A stretch of DNA of 64,000 nt from an uncultured Verrucomicrobiae bacterium (GCA_963836755.1 CAWIKF010000002.1:480001-544000); one strand, 5' to 3'; shown: positions 30,448 to 41,186, numbered from the stretch's first letter. Numbers and translations are program-made. Notes: generated from the letters alone by a model not told the origin.

Positions 30448-31365
30448 TCACGCACGCGGTGACTTTTGCAAAGAGCGAATGTGTGCGATCAAAGTATCCG
30501 CCATCGTCGACGGCGTTTCCGCAACGGCGATTCCCGCCTCGCGCAACGCCTCGATCTTTCCGGCCGCAGTTCCTTTGCCGCCTGAAACAATCGCGCCCGC
30601 ATGTCCCATCCGCCGGCCGGCAGGCGCTGTCGTCCCCGCGATGAAAGCCGCAATCGGTTTGCGGCAATTTTCCTCTGCCCACGCCGCCGCTTCTTCTTCC
30701 GCTGTGCCGCCGATTTCGCCGATCATGATGATCGCCTCCGTCTCGGGATCGTCGTTAAACATTTGCAACATATCGCGATGCGAGGTGCCGTTCACCGGAT
30801 CGCCGCCGATTCCTACGCAGGTGCTCTGCCCGTAGCCGCGCGTCGTCAACTGCCACACCGCCTCATAAGTCAGCGTGCCTGACCGCGAAACCACGCCCAC
30901 ATTGCCTTTGCGGTGAATGTAACCCGGCGCGATGCCGATGCGGCAGCCACCGTGCGAATCCGGTCCAGTGCCGGGCGTGACGAGGCCTGGGCAGTTTGGC
31001 CCGATCAATCGCGTCCGCTGTCCGCGCATTGCCGCTTTCACTTTCACCATGTCATTGACCGGGATGCCCTCGGTGATCGCGACGACCAGATCGAGTCCCG
31101 CGTCCACGCCTTCCAAAATCGCATCGGCTGCGAATGGCGGCGGAACAAAAATGACCGCGACGGTTGCGCCGGTTTCCTTCGCCGCTTCAGAGACGGTGTC
31201 AAAAATCGGCACCGTGCTTTCAAATTTTTGTCCGCCTTTTCCCGGCGTCACGCCCGCGACGATTTGCGTTCCGTAATCGAGTGAAAGTTTCGCGTGTCTC
31301 GAGCCGAAGTCGCCGGTGATGCCCTGGACGAGGACGCGCGTGTTGGAATCTACAAGAATGGCCAT
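30448..31365 (-). CDS. sucD: Succinyl-CoA synthetase alpha subunit
   Basis: [31 protein letters not shown]. Confidence 0.97.
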   Translation of the reverse strand: MAILVDSNTRVLVQGITGDFGSRHAKLSLDYGTQIVAGVTPGKGGQKFESTVPIFDTVSEAAKETGATVAVIFVPPPFAADAILEGVDAGLDLVVAITEGIPVNDMVKVKAAMRGQRTRLIGPNCPGLVTPGTGPDSHGGCRIGIAPGYIHRKGNVGVVSRSGTLTYEAVWQLTTRGYGQSTCVGIGGDPVNGTSHRDMLQMFNDDPETEAIIMIGEIGGTAEEEAAAWAEENCRKPIAAFIAGTTAPAGRRMGHAGAIVSGGKGTAAGKIEALREAGIAVAETPSTMADTLIAHIRSLQKSPRA

Positions 31366-31377
31366 TTAAGAGTTTGT

Positions 31378-31737
31378 TTACGCAGCGTTGCGCCGGTGAA
31401 TGAGAATTTTGTTTCCATCGGGATCGGAAATCATGCCGAAGCGGCAGATGGGCGAATCCATCGGCGCCATGGCGATCGTCACCCCTTTCGCTTCCAAATG
31501 CGCGAACTCCGCATCCACATCATCGACTTCAAACGCGACGCACGTCCCATTCGGCGAAGGCTGCCAGACTTCGCCGTAGCAGCCGATGCCGAACGTGGCG
31601 GCGCCGATTTCGTATTCGACCCACATGCCGCCCGCGGATTCCATCGCCGGCTTGAGCCCGAGCGTTTCCTCGTAAAATGCGCGCGCTCTTTTGATATCGG
31701 TGACTGGCGTGCCGGTGAATGCGATTTCCTTGATCAT
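31378..31737 (-). CDS. VOC/glyoxalase family protein
   Basis: [31 protein letters not shown]. Confidence 0.9.
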   Translation of the reverse strand: MIKEIAFTGTPVTDIKRARAFYEETLGLKPAMESAGGMWVEYEIGAATFGIGCYGEVWQPSPNGTCVAFEVDDVDAEFAHLEAKGVTIAMAPMDSPICRFGMISDPDGNKILIHRRNAA

Positions 31738-32921
31738 TTGGTTTTAATGGATGCGACGATTTTTTGCGCAGCGTCGTCCAGCGAATCGGCGCTGATGACC
31801 GCGAGCCCGCTCTCGCGGATGATTTTTTTGCCCAGCTCGACGTTGGAACCTTCCAAACGGACCACCAGCGGAATGTTTAACTTCGTTTCCTGCACCGCCG
31901 CAAGCACGCCCTCGGCGATGATGTCACAGCGCATGATCCCGCCGAAAATATTGACGAGGATTCCGCGCACGTTCGGGTCGCCCATGATGATTTTGAAAGC
32001 CGCCGTCACCTGTTCCTTGCTCGCGCCGCCGCCAACGTCCAAAAAATTCGCCGGCTCGCCGCCGTAAAATTTAATGATGTCCATTGTCGCCATCGCCAGT
32101 CCGGCGCCGTTAACGAGGCAGGCGATGTTTCCGTCGAGCCCGATGTAGTTAAGGTTAAATTCGCTCGCCGCCACCTCGCGCGGATCCTCCTCGGCCTTGT
32201 CGCGCATCGCCTTGATCTCGGGATGCCGAAAAAGTGCGTTGTCATCGAAATTAAATTTCGCATCGAGCGCCTTCACCTCGCCATTTTTCGTGACGACGAG
32301 CGGGTTCACTTCGACGAGCGAGCAATCGCAGGCCGCGTAAGTTTTGTAGAGTGCGAGGAAAAGTTTTGCGGCCGCGGCTATTTGCCCCGACTCGAACTTT
32401 AACTCCTTCGCCAGCTTCCGAGCCTGATACGGCTGCAGGCCGAGCAGCGGATCGATCGGTTCGCGCAAAATTTTCTCTGGCGTTTTTTCCGACACCGATT
32501 CGATGTCCACGCCGCCTTCCGTGCTCGCGACCACCACCGGCCGGCTCGTCGCGCGATCGAGCAGAATCGCAAAATAAAGTTCGCGCGCGATCTCGGTCGC
32601 CTCGGCCACGAGCAGGTTGCGCACGACGCGGCCTTCCGGCCCTGTTTGATGCGTGACCAAAGTCTGCCCGAGCATTTTTTCCGCGATCATCCGCACTTCC
32701 AGCAAACTTTTCGTGATGTGCACGCCGCCTTGGAAACCGTTGGTGAAGTGTCCTTTGCCGCGTCCGCCCGCATGGACTTGCGCCTTGATCACGAACTGAG
32801 CCGCGCCGAGTTGCTTTGCGATCAGCTCCGCCTCTTCCGGCGAGCGTGCGACATTTCCGCGCGGCGATGCGACGCCGAATTTCTCGAAAAGTTCGCGAGC
32901 CTGATATTCGTGGATGTTCAT
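31734..32921 (-). CDS. sucC: Succinyl-CoA synthetase beta subunit
   Basis: [41 protein letters not shown]. Confidence 0.97.
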   Translation of the reverse strand: MNIHEYQARELFEKFGVASPRGNVARSPEEAELIAKQLGAAQFVIKAQVHAGGRGKGHFTNGFQGGVHITKSLLEVRMIAEKMLGQTLVTHQTGPEGRVVRNLLVAEATEIARELYFAILLDRATSRPVVVASTEGGVDIESVSEKTPEKILREPIDPLLGLQPYQARKLAKELKFESGQIAAAAKLFLALYKTYAACDCSLVEVNPLVVTKNGEVKALDAKFNFDDNALFRHPEIKAMRDKAEEDPREVAASEFNLNYIGLDGNIACLVNGAGLAMATMDIIKFYGGEPANFLDVGGGASKEQVTAAFKIIMGDPNVRGILVNIFGGIMRCDIIAEGVLAAVQETKLNIPLVVRLEGSNVELGKKIIRESGLAVISADSLDDAAQKIVASIKTK

Positions 32922-32938
32922 GAAACGTTAAACTTTTA

Positions 32939-33451
32939 CTACGAGCCGTTGCCGACGTATTCAGCCGAATACGTTTCAAAGCGCGCGGTCGATCCGACGG
33001 GCGGCGTCGTCTGCACGTCGTAAACATCTTTGCCGACGACCTGGCTCGATTCTGTGTCCCAAATCATCACCGACTTTTGCGCGCGTGGTGCGGTGCGGTC
33101 GTCGCGCACGGTGTCGACGGCGATGTAACGCGGACTTCTCTTCGATTTTTTCCGCTGCGCGAGATGTGCGACCGCGGCGTGCGCGTGCATCGTAGCGACC
33201 TGCCGCTGCCGCGCGGTCGCCTCACGTTTGGCGATGATGAAAATAGTCGCACGCATCATTTCGCCCGATGAAGCACCGGTCGCGAGCGTTTCCGCGCTGT
33301 TCATTTCGCCGCCCCGCGCGATCGCATCGGCTGCCGCGCCGCCGGTTTCGCCGAAGGTGCCGGGATTGTCGCCGGGGCCGCTGGAGCATGACGCGAGGCC
33401 GAAAAGCGCGCACGCGACGAGTGGGGAAATTTTCAAAGCCGCGGCTTTCAT
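32939..33451 (-). CDS. Hypothetical lipoprotein
   Basis: Lipobox LASC after ATG 33451. Compact C-terminal domain PRYIAVDT...VMIWDT...YSAEYVG. Confidence 0.72.
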   Translation of the reverse strand: MKAAALKISPLVACALFGLASCSSGPGDNPGTFGETGGAAADAIARGGEMNSAETLATGASSGEMMRATIFIIAKREATARQRQVATMHAHAAVAHLAQRKKSKRSPRYIAVDTVRDDRTAPRAQKSVMIWDTESSQVVGKDVYDVQTTPPVGSTARFETYSAEYVGNGS

Positions 33452-33492
33452 GCGTCGAGATTGAGCGATTCGTTTGTGGATGGCAAGGGCAG

Positions 33493-36400
33493 CTAGCGCG
33501 GTGTGATTTGCAGATTGTTTTTCCGGCACCACTCGAGCGCGCGAGGGTTGCCGGCTTCGGCGGATTTGCGATACCACGTTTCGGCGGCGAGGCCGTTTTG
33601 CTCAGTGCCCGTGCCGATCTCGAGGCAGCGCGCGAGCAGAAACATGCAATACGCGTTGCCGTCGCGCGCGCCTTGCTGGAAAAGTTCCACCGCTTTGCGC
33701 GCATCCGGTTTGACGCCGTCGCCATTAATATAAAGCACGCCAACATTGCCGACCGCGTCGTCGAATTTCAGCGCTTGCGCCTGCGAAAAAAGTTGGAACG
33801 CCTCGTCGTAATTTTTCGCCACTCCGATGCCCTGGTGAAAACAGGTGCCGAGCAAATTCATCGCGCGCGGATCACCGCCCGCGACGGCATCCTGCAGGAT
33901 TTCCACCGCGCGCCGCTCGTCCTTCCGCACGCCGCGCCCATATAGATAGCACTCCGCGAGACAACTTTTACCCGCCGCGTCGCCTTTTTCCGCGGCGCGC
34001 TCGAACCACTCGACGGCCTTTGCGAAATCGCGCGCGACGCCCGCGCCATTCGAATACATGAGCCCGACCTGCACGAGCGCAGGCGCGTGGCCGAGCGCCG
34101 CGGCCGCGCAAAACCAATTGAATGCATCGCGTGGCTGGTCCTTTCGTAAATGCGCGGCGAGGATCATCATCGCCGGGACCACGTCGAGCTGCGCCGCTTC
34201 GGTCACCGGATGCGCGAGTCGCGCAAAATCAGCGTCGTTCATTTTTTCAAGCGACGACCGCAGGCTTGTGAGAATCAACTCGAGCCGCACGCGGCCGAGA
34301 TCGCTTTCAGGAAAATCGCGCGCAAGTTTTGCGTAAGCGGCGATCGCTCGCGGCCAATCGCGCGCGGACTCATAATTTTCCGCGGCCACGAGATTCGTTT
34401 TTAAAAGCGCCTGCCGCCGATTTTCCGGCGCGAGAGATGGCGCGGCAATCGGCGTCACGAGCGGTTCCGGCGCTGATGAAGCGGCAGGCGCCGGAGTCTG
34501 GGAGCTGCCGATGATCGGACGCGCGACTGTGTTTTTCGGCGCGACCGAGTTTCTAAAAAAGACGAATACGATCGCTGCGAGCACAACGATGACCGCTGCG
34601 ATCGCCGAGAAAAGCAGCAGCGGTAAATGTTTCCGAAAATCTTTTCCCGTCGACTCCGGAGCAGGATGTGACGCTCGCGCGGGTTTCAAAATCGCACTGG
34701 AAGCGCCGCCATTTTTCTTCAACGCGCCAGCCGTCGCGGACTGAAGCGCGAGGAAAAAATCTTGTGCGGACGCGAACGCCCGCGCAGGATCCAGCGCCCG
34801 TTTTAAAACCTCATTTCCGGTTTCCGGCAAACCTGCGAGAGGCACGTAACGCGGCGCCAGCTGCGAGTCCTCACTGGCGAGCATCACCGGCGGCAGCGAC
34901 CCGCCGAGCAGCTCGTAGACAAGCGCGGCGAGCGAGCGCACATATTTCGCGGCGAGATTTGTCGTGCCGGAATCGCCCGCGGCCGCGGCGATTCCGCCGA
35001 CGATTGTCTGGTCGCCGGCCCATGTGTCGGACGTCGCGAATTCGCGCGTGAGGCCGAGCGCGTTAAACTTCAGCGCGAACTGCGGCCACGCGCCGACAGC
35101 GGTTTCTGAAGTCACGGATTGCCCGGAGAAATCGATCGCGATTTGATTCAGTGTCAGGTCGAGGCGCTTCAATCCGTGTGAGAGCGCGAAATCAATCCCG
35201 TGCGCAGCCTGTTGAAGAAGCGTTAAAACTTCGCTGGCGTCAATTTCCTGGCGCGCGCGCAACGCGTCGAGAAGCGTGAAGCCGTTTGTCCACTCCATGA
35301 TGAAAAAACTAAAGTGCTCAACGCGCTCGATTCCGAGCACCGCGAGCAAGTTTGGATGCGGAGATTTTTGCAAATTTTCCACCTCGCGCTCGACCTGCGT
35401 GAGCGCGTCCGAATTTTCCGCGAGCTCGCTGTGAAGCACCACCAGCCGCACTTCGCGCTGCGCGGCGCGGTCGCGCGCGTGAAACATCCAGCCGGCATTT
35501 CCTTCTCCCAAATCCTCGAGAATTTCGTAGCGGCTCGCGACGATTTCCCCTTTGCAAAAAACGCGCCGCAGCGTTTTGTGCTCCTGCGCATCGGGCGTCT
35601 GCGGGCGCAATTCCACGTCGCGCATTTCGCCGAGCGATGGCTGCAGCGCGACGAGCAGCTCGATGCAGCATTCGATTTCCTTGCGCAAGTCGAGCGGCGT
35701 TTGCGGGCGTTTCGCGGGGTCCTTTTCAAGCATGCGCGCGAGCAAATCGCGCAGCGCCGGCGGCACTTTTTTCAAAGAATGCACAGGCGGCATCGTGTGC
35801 AAATGATGGCTCATCACCTGCGCGATCGACCCGCCGAATGGTGCCTCGCCAGCGAGCATATACCAGAGCGTGACGCCGAGTGAATAGATGTCCGACCGCA
35901 CATCGATTTCTTTTTCCTCGAGCTGCTCGGGCGATGCGAAATGCGGCGTGCCGACGAAGCCGCTCACCGAGAGCGATGCGGTGTCGTCGCCGTCGTCCTT
36001 GCGGCTCGATTTTGCGAGGCCAAAGTCGATGACCTTCGCGACTAGCTCCTCGTCTTCGTGCACGAGCATGAGGTTCGACGGCTTGATGTCGCGATGGATG
36101 AGATGGTGCTTTTGCGCGGCGTTGAGCGCGCGCGCGACCTGCAGCGTGATCTGCAGCGCGAGCACCGGATCGAGCGGACCGCCGCGCCGGATCAACGACT
36201 CGACGGTTTCGCCGTCGATGAATTCCATGGCGTAAAAGTAGACGTCGCCCTCGATGCCGAGATGAAAGACCGACGCGACGTGCCGATGCCGCAACTGGGC
36301 CGCCGCGCGCGCCTCGCGCACAAACCGCTGCCGCGCGACTTCGCTGTCGATCGATGCGGCGTTGATGACCTTTAGCGCGACGTGGCAGCGCAGGTTTGTA

Positions 36401-36507
36401 TCGAACGCGCGGTAGGTGATTCCCATCGCGCCGCGGCCGAGCTCGTAAAGCGAGCCATCCTCGCGGCGGAGCACTTCGTAATGATCAAAAATCGCCGTCT
36501 CAGACAT
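33493..36507 (-). CDS. Hanks-type Ser/Thr kinase with second pseudokinase domain, TM helix and Sel1-like repeats
   Basis: GRGAMG, VALK, HRDIKPSN, DFG, GTPHFASPE. Second degenerate kinase domain. TM LLLFSAIAAVIVVLAAIVFVFF. About five Sel1 repeats (GLMYSNGAGV, YLYGRGV). Confidence 0.92.
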   Translation of the reverse strand: MSETAIFDHYEVLRREDGSLYELGRGAMGITYRAFDTNLRCHVALKVINAASIDSEVARQRFVREARAAAQLRHRHVASVFHLGIEGDVYFYAMEFIDGETVESLIRRGGPLDPVLALQITLQVARALNAAQKHHLIHRDIKPSNLMLVHEDEELVAKVIDFGLAKSSRKDDGDDTASLSVSGFVGTPHFASPEQLEEKEIDVRSDIYSLGVTLWYMLAGEAPFGGSIAQVMSHHLHTMPPVHSLKKVPPALRDLLARMLEKDPAKRPQTPLDLRKEIECCIELLVALQPSLGEMRDVELRPQTPDAQEHKTLRRVFCKGEIVASRYEILEDLGEGNAGWMFHARDRAAQREVRLVVLHSELAENSDALTQVEREVENLQKSPHPNLLAVLGIERVEHFSFFIMEWTNGFTLLDALRARQEIDASEVLTLLQQAAHGIDFALSHGLKRLDLTLNQIAIDFSGQSVTSETAVGAWPQFALKFNALGLTREFATSDTWAGDQTIVGGIAAAAGDSGTTNLAAKYVRSLAALVYELLGGSLPPVMLASEDSQLAPRYVPLAGLPETGNEVLKRALDPARAFASAQDFFLALQSATAGALKKNGGASSAILKPARASHPAPESTGKDFRKHLPLLLFSAIAAVIVVLAAIVFVFFRNSVAPKNTVARPIIGSSQTPAPAASSAPEPLVTPIAAPSLAPENRRQALLKTNLVAAENYESARDWPRAIAAYAKLARDFPESDLGRVRLELILTSLRSSLEKMNDADFARLAHPVTEAAQLDVVPAMMILAAHLRKDQPRDAFNWFCAAAALGHAPALVQVGLMYSNGAGVARDFAKAVEWFERAAEKGDAAGKSCLAECYLYGRGVRKDERRAVEILQDAVAGGDPRAMNLLGTCFHQGIGVAKNYDEAFQLFSQAQALKFDDAVGNVGVLYINGDGVKPDARKAVELFQQGARDGNAYCMFLLARCLEIGTGTEQNGLAAETWYRKSAEAGNPRALEWCRKNNLQITPR

Positions 36508-36569
36508 CGGAGCGGGGCAGTGTAGCGGAGCAAAAGCGGTTTCAAATATCCGAATGCACGGCGCGTTTT

Positions 36570-38855
36570 CTAGATTTTTTCTCGTGCGCGCAATGCGATG
36601 AGCGAAAGCGTGAAACTGCCGCTGATCCATGCGGCAAGCGTCGCCAGCGCGAGCAGCGCGGGATCCCAGCGGTCGTAAATTTCGCCCGTGCGCAGCGTGT
36701 GATCGCGATTCAAATTGCGAAACGAAGTCCAGTGATCGCCGAGCGAGGAATGGTCAATTGTTTTGTCCCACAAAAAACTCACGTCGATGCAACGCTGGGC
36801 CGCAAAGGCAGGCGTGAAGCCGCTTGCGAAGGCGACCGCCGCTTTCATTTCATTCGCTGGCACGGTGTAGCCGGAGAATAAAATCAGCGGGATCAATGCC
36901 AGCGGAACGATGATCACCGCCTGCATCAACGTGCGCGCCAGCGAGGAAATCAGCGCGCCGATCCCGACCGCCGCCAGCGCGGTGCCGATGAGCGCGGCGA
37001 TTTGCCACGCCGCGTTTCCACCAAGGCCATGCGCCGCAAGTTGTAAACAAACATAAAACAGCAGCGATTGTGTGATCGTGATCGCGCCGAGGAATAAAAA
37101 CTTGCTTGCGAGATACGGCGTGCGGCCGACTCCGACCATGCGCTCGCGCCGGTAAATCGCGATCTCGCGCACGATTTCCTGCGCCGCGTTGCTGCAGCCG
37201 AACCAGAGCGTCGTGATATATGCGAAGAAAAGTTTCAGCGACGCGTCATTGCTCACCCACGCGACGAGTGCGGCGAGGATCACCGGTTGGCTGAGCAAAA
37301 TTCCGGCGTTGCGCCAGTCCGCGCGCAGGATGGCGAATTGACGCCGCAGCAAAATCCCAAGCGCTGCCGGTCGATTTTTTTCCAATTTTTTCTCCGCCTC
37401 GCGCGGCTCGAACTCCATTTTCGAATGGAGCGATTTCTCCGCAAATTGCGCGCGCCATTCGCCAGCCGATTGTGTCTCGAGCTTGTCGTAAAGTGCCGCG
37501 AGCCGCGTCACGCCGAAAAATTCCCGCGCCTCGAGCGGCGTTCCATTGAAGACGAGGCAGCCGGAAAACATCACCGCGACCTGATCCATGAGATAGACAT
37601 TTTCCATCACATGCGTCGTGCAAATCACGGTGCAGCCGGTGTCGGCGAGATCGCGCAGCAGCTCCATGATTTTGAATTCCGTGGCCGGATCGAGGCCCGA
37701 GGTCGGCTCATCCAAAAACAGCACCGATGGCCGCGCAAGCAGCTCCACAGCTACGCTCACGCGCTTTCGCTGGCCGCCGGAAAGATCGCCGACGCGCGTC
37801 GTCTCGCGGTCGCTCAAGCCGAGCTGCGCCAGCGTTTGTGCGATCAATTTTTCCACCTCCCCGCACGGCGTGTCGCGCGGCAGCCGCAGCTCCGCGGCGA
37901 ATTGAAGCGCCTCCGCGATGGTCAACTCCAGGTGCACGATATCGTCCTGCGGCACGAACCCGAAGTTGCGCCGCTGATTTTCCCGCGCAACCTCCACGCC
38001 GTCGATCAACACGATGCCGCCTCCCGCCGCGCGCTGGCCGCTGAGTGCATTGAGGAGCGAACTTTTACCCGCGCCGCTCGGGCCAATGATTCCGCAAAAG
38101 CGCGACGCCGCGATGTCAAGGGTGACGTTGTCGAGGATCGTGCGGCGGTCGATTTTTTCGCTGACCGCCCGCGCATGCACGGCCGCGCCCGGCACCGCGC
38201 GCGTCAGGTCGAGCGCGCTCCCGTCGAAGTGAAAATAAAACGGCCCGATCTGCAGACGGTCGCCGATCGTCAGCTCGTGTTCATCGAAGCGCCGGCCGTT
38301 CACGAACGAGCCCGCTGTGCTCTTCAAATCAAACACGCGGAAGCCGCCATCGACGCGGCGAATCATCGCATGCTGGCGCGACACGGCGGGCGAATTCAGC
38401 ACCACGTCTGACTCCTTGTCGCGGCCAAAAGTCAGATGCTCCGCGAGCTCCACGCGCTCGACTTTTTGACCGCGAAAAATCGCCGGCTGCGCTGCCATGC
38501 GGCCCGCGAGTCTCCCGCCAAGCCGCTCCAGCTCTTGATCCGAGGGTGGATGGCCGTGCGCGAAAAGCAAAACCACCGTTCCGAGCGCGAACGTTTTTCC
38601 CGACGGCAAAAGCGTCGGCGCGGCCACCGCACGATCCTCCACGCACGTCCCCCATTGGCTGCCGAGATCCTCGACGCGGCACTCGCGCCCATCCCACGCA
38701 ACGCGACAATGCCGGCGCGAAATCTCCAGATGATCGAGCCGGAAATCGGCCTCCGGCGCGCGGCCCAAAATAAAATTCCCCGGCTCCATTCGAAAAACGC
38801 AAACAGGCAAGCCCGAGATGACTGCGAGGTAAGCCGGATGCGCCGGTTCGCTCAT
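36570..38855 (-). CDS. FHA-FHA-ABC ATPase-ABC2 membrane fusion (Rv1747-like exporter)
   Basis: LGR..ISRRH, FGR..VSRQH..GSFVNG, GPSGAGKS, LSGGQRKR, LDEPTSGLD, about six C-terminal TM helices. Confidence 0.9.
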   Translation of the reverse strand: MSEPAHPAYLAVISGLPVCVFRMEPGNFILGRAPEADFRLDHLEISRRHCRVAWDGRECRVEDLGSQWGTCVEDRAVAAPTLLPSGKTFALGTVVLLFAHGHPPSDQELERLGGRLAGRMAAQPAIFRGQKVERVELAEHLTFGRDKESDVVLNSPAVSRQHAMIRRVDGGFRVFDLKSTAGSFVNGRRFDEHELTIGDRLQIGPFYFHFDGSALDLTRAVPGAAVHARAVSEKIDRRTILDNVTLDIAASRFCGIIGPSGAGKSSLLNALSGQRAAGGGIVLIDGVEVARENQRRNFGFVPQDDIVHLELTIAEALQFAAELRLPRDTPCGEVEKLIAQTLAQLGLSDRETTRVGDLSGGQRKRVSVAVELLARPSVLFLDEPTSGLDPATEFKIMELLRDLADTGCTVICTTHVMENVYLMDQVAVMFSGCLVFNGTPLEAREFFGVTRLAALYDKLETQSAGEWRAQFAEKSLHSKMEFEPREAEKKLEKNRPAALGILLRRQFAILRADWRNAGILLSQPVILAALVAWVSNDASLKLFFAYITTLWFGCSNAAQEIVREIAIYRRERMVGVGRTPYLASKFLFLGAITITQSLLFYVCLQLAAHGLGGNAAWQIAALIGTALAAVGIGALISSLARTLMQAVIIVPLALIPLILFSGYTVPANEMKAAVAFASGFTPAFAAQRCIDVSFLWDKTIDHSSLGDHWTSFRNLNRDHTLRTGEIYDRWDPALLALATLAAWISGSFTLSLIALRAREKI

Positions 38856-38896
38856 ATTGATCGGCGTCAACTTTTCCAAAAACAGAACGGGCGGCG

Positions 38897-39763
38897 CTAC
38901 GGGAGCACAGCCCAGATTTCAGCGACGCGGTTTTTTTCCTGGCCCTGCTCGTCGAATAAATGCGAGCCGCCCATCGCGACCGAGTGCATCACGTTTGCGA
39001 CGCCGCATTTGTCGCGCAGTGTGCTCAATGCGTTTTGCGCGCGCTCCTGCGAGATGCGGAGGTTGATTTTTTCGTCACCTTGCGTGTCGGCGAAACCGAG
39101 GATGACGAAGACGCAGGTCGGGTCGTCCATCAATTGCCGGAGCTGCGGCGTGGCGAGCTCGGCCTTGATGGCATCGACATCCGCGGGTGAAAGCGAGGTC
39201 GCGCCTTTGCCGAATGGGATTGTGAGGACGCGACCCATGCGGCGCGCGCGCTCGACGCTGACGTAGAGTTTGTCTTTGTTGTCGGCGGAAATGGTCGGCA
39301 TCAAATCGATGCGCTTGAGGACCTCGGTTTTGACTTTTTGGTTCTCGGCATTTTCGGCGTCGAGGTTCGGATTGGCCGGCGCGGAAACGGGCTCGGGACT
39401 TTGTTCCGCGGCGGGTGTGGAAGCTTGTTCCGCAACGGTGGGAGCTGCCGCGGCGGCAAACGGTTTGAGGTTGCCCTGGTTTTCGAGCGACTGCTCGGCT
39501 TTTTGCTCGTTCGTTGCCGTGTTGGTCGGCACGCGCCGCGCCTCGAGCCAGACGGCGAGGGCGGTCATCACGACGAGCGCGATGATGAAAGTGAGGATGA
39601 GCGCGGGGATCAACTTTGGCCGGACTTTCGGCGCATCCGCGAGAGGCGTGAGCGGTTCCTTGCATTCCGGACAGACGAAGTCTCCCTCGGCGATCGTGAT
39701 AGTTTCGTTGCGGTAGGCGAGCAGGCAGTTCGCGAAATTAGTGCATTTGCCCAATCGGGTCAT
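38897..39763 (-). CDS. OmpA-like peptidoglycan-binding protein with N-terminal Zn-ribbon and TM helix
   Basis: CTNFANC...CPEC, TM helix, ILGFADTQGDEKINLRISQERA, NRVAEIW. Confidence 0.85.
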   Translation of the reverse strand: MTRLGKCTNFANCLLAYRNETITIAEGDFVCPECKEPLTPLADAPKVRPKLIPALILTFIIALVVMTALAVWLEARRVPTNTATNEQKAEQSLENQGNLKPFAAAAAPTVAEQASTPAAEQSPEPVSAPANPNLDAENAENQKVKTEVLKRIDLMPTISADNKDKLYVSVERARRMGRVLTIPFGKGATSLSPADVDAIKAELATPQLRQLMDDPTCVFVILGFADTQGDEKINLRISQERAQNALSTLRDKCGVANVMHSVAMGGSHLFDEQGQEKNRVAEIWAVLP

Positions 39764-39800
39764 GCGCGCATTAAACAGCTTGCTTGCCGATGTTCAAACT

Positions 39801-40589
39801 TCAAAAGTCCGCCGCAGCGCCTGCAAATGCCGCCATGTCGGGCGGCAGCGGCGAGCGCCATTCGAGCTGGTCGTCGTCGACCCGCAGCGCGGCGGAATGA
39901 AGCGCGTGGCGCGGCAGGAGAAGCGATTCCGCGAGCGCGGGGGTCCACCCGGTTTCGATGAAAGTGAGGTAATTTTTTTCATCGGGACCGTAGATTTTGT
40001 CGCCGACGACTGCGTGCCCGATGTGCGCGAGATGGAGGCGAATCTGATGCATGCGCCCAGTATGCGGAATGGCGCGCACGAGGCTGAAAGGCCGGCCGTT
40101 GCTTGTTTCGCGGGAGATGCGCCGCTCGACGCGCACGGTGGTGCGCGCGCTCGCGCCGGCAGGATGAACGCATTGTTTTAGATAAATTTCGGAGAACCCG
40201 TGCGCGCCCTGCCGCGCGATCCTCGCGTCGATCTCGTAAACGTCCTGCGCGGGCCAACCGCAGACCAGCGCGAGGTATTCTTTTTCGATGCGCCGCCGCT
40301 GCATGAGCTGCGAAAAATGGCGCGCGGCGGCCGCGCTTTTCGCGATGAGCGTGAGGCCGCTCGTCTCGCGGTCGAGGCGGTTGATGATGGAAACCTGGCC
40401 GCCGTTCGCGAGCTCGAAGGCGAGCAACTCCCGCAAGCTGTCCCACATCGTCATCGCGCCGCCGGGCTTGCTCGGGTGGACGAGCAGATGCGGCGGCTTG
40501 TCGAGCACGAGCCAATCGTCTGATTCGTCGACGATGCGCAGCGGCGGCGTTTTAAACTTTGATGCCACGGATTGCGACCGATGAAACAT
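39801..40589 (-). CDS. RluA family pseudouridine synthase
   Basis: DKPPHLLVHP, INRLDRETSG, KEYLALV, TGRMHQIRLH, LHS. Start uncertain. Confidence 0.92.
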   Translation of the reverse strand: MFHRSQSVASKFKTPPLRIVDESDDWLVLDKPPHLLVHPSKPGGAMTMWDSLRELLAFELANGGQVSIINRLDRETSGLTLIAKSAAAARHFSQLMQRRRIEKEYLALVCGWPAQDVYEIDARIARQGAHGFSEIYLKQCVHPAGASARTTVRVERRISRETSNGRPFSLVRAIPHTGRMHQIRLHLAHIGHAVVGDKIYGPDEKNYLTFIETGWTPALAESLLLPRHALHSAALRVDDDQLEWRSPLPPDMAAFAGAAADF

Positions 40590-40712
40590 GGATGCGCGGC
40601 AAAGGCAACGCGTCGATTTTTTTGGAAAAAGCGCGCGCGATTTTCGTCGACGCAAAAGATTGCTTCTCATGCGCGGCGGAGAATGGTAGTCACCTCGACG
40701 GATTTGCGCCGC

Positions 40713-41186
40713 ATGAGCACTGAATTACGACCGCACTTGCAAGAGATGAATCTCTTCTCGGAGTTCACTCCGGACGAGCTCGACGGGCTGCTCGACCTGG
40801 TCGAGATCGTGACCGCGCCCGCCGGCGATTGCATCGTCAAGCAGGATCAGCGCGGCGATTGCATGTATGTGCTGACGGAAGGAACAGCGAAAGTCATTCA
40901 CCGGCGCGACGGCAAGGAATTCGAGCTCGCGACGCTGCAGCCCGGCGATTTTTTTGGCGAGATCGCGCTCGTCGATGAAGGGCCGCGCTCGGCTGACGTA
41001 GAAGCGATCAGCACTTGCAAGCTGCTCCGCATCGAGCACGCTGCGCTGCGCGCATTGGCCGGTGTCTATCCCGGCGCCGCATTCAAGCTGCTCATCGCCG
41101 TCGGCCGCGTGATGGTCGCGCGCATGCGCCGGAGTAATTTGAAATACATCGATTCGCTCTTCGCATCGTCCGGCGGCAAAGATTGA
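40713..41186 (+). CDS. Stand-alone cyclic-nucleotide-binding domain protein
   Basis: GDCMYVLTEG, GDFFGEIALVDEGPRSADV. No HTH. Confidence 0.88.
   Translation: MSTELRPHLQEMNLFSEFTPDELDGLLDLVEIVTAPAGDCIVKQDQRGDCMYVLTEGTAKVIHRRDGKEFELATLQPGDFFGEIALVDEGPRSADVEAISTCKLLRIEHAALRALAGVYPGAAFKLLIAVGRVMVARMRRSNLKYIDSLFASSGGKD

Noticed and set aside
32939..39763. Type VI secretion system
   Set aside because: No tssB/C, hcp, vgrG, clpV or tssM in the window.
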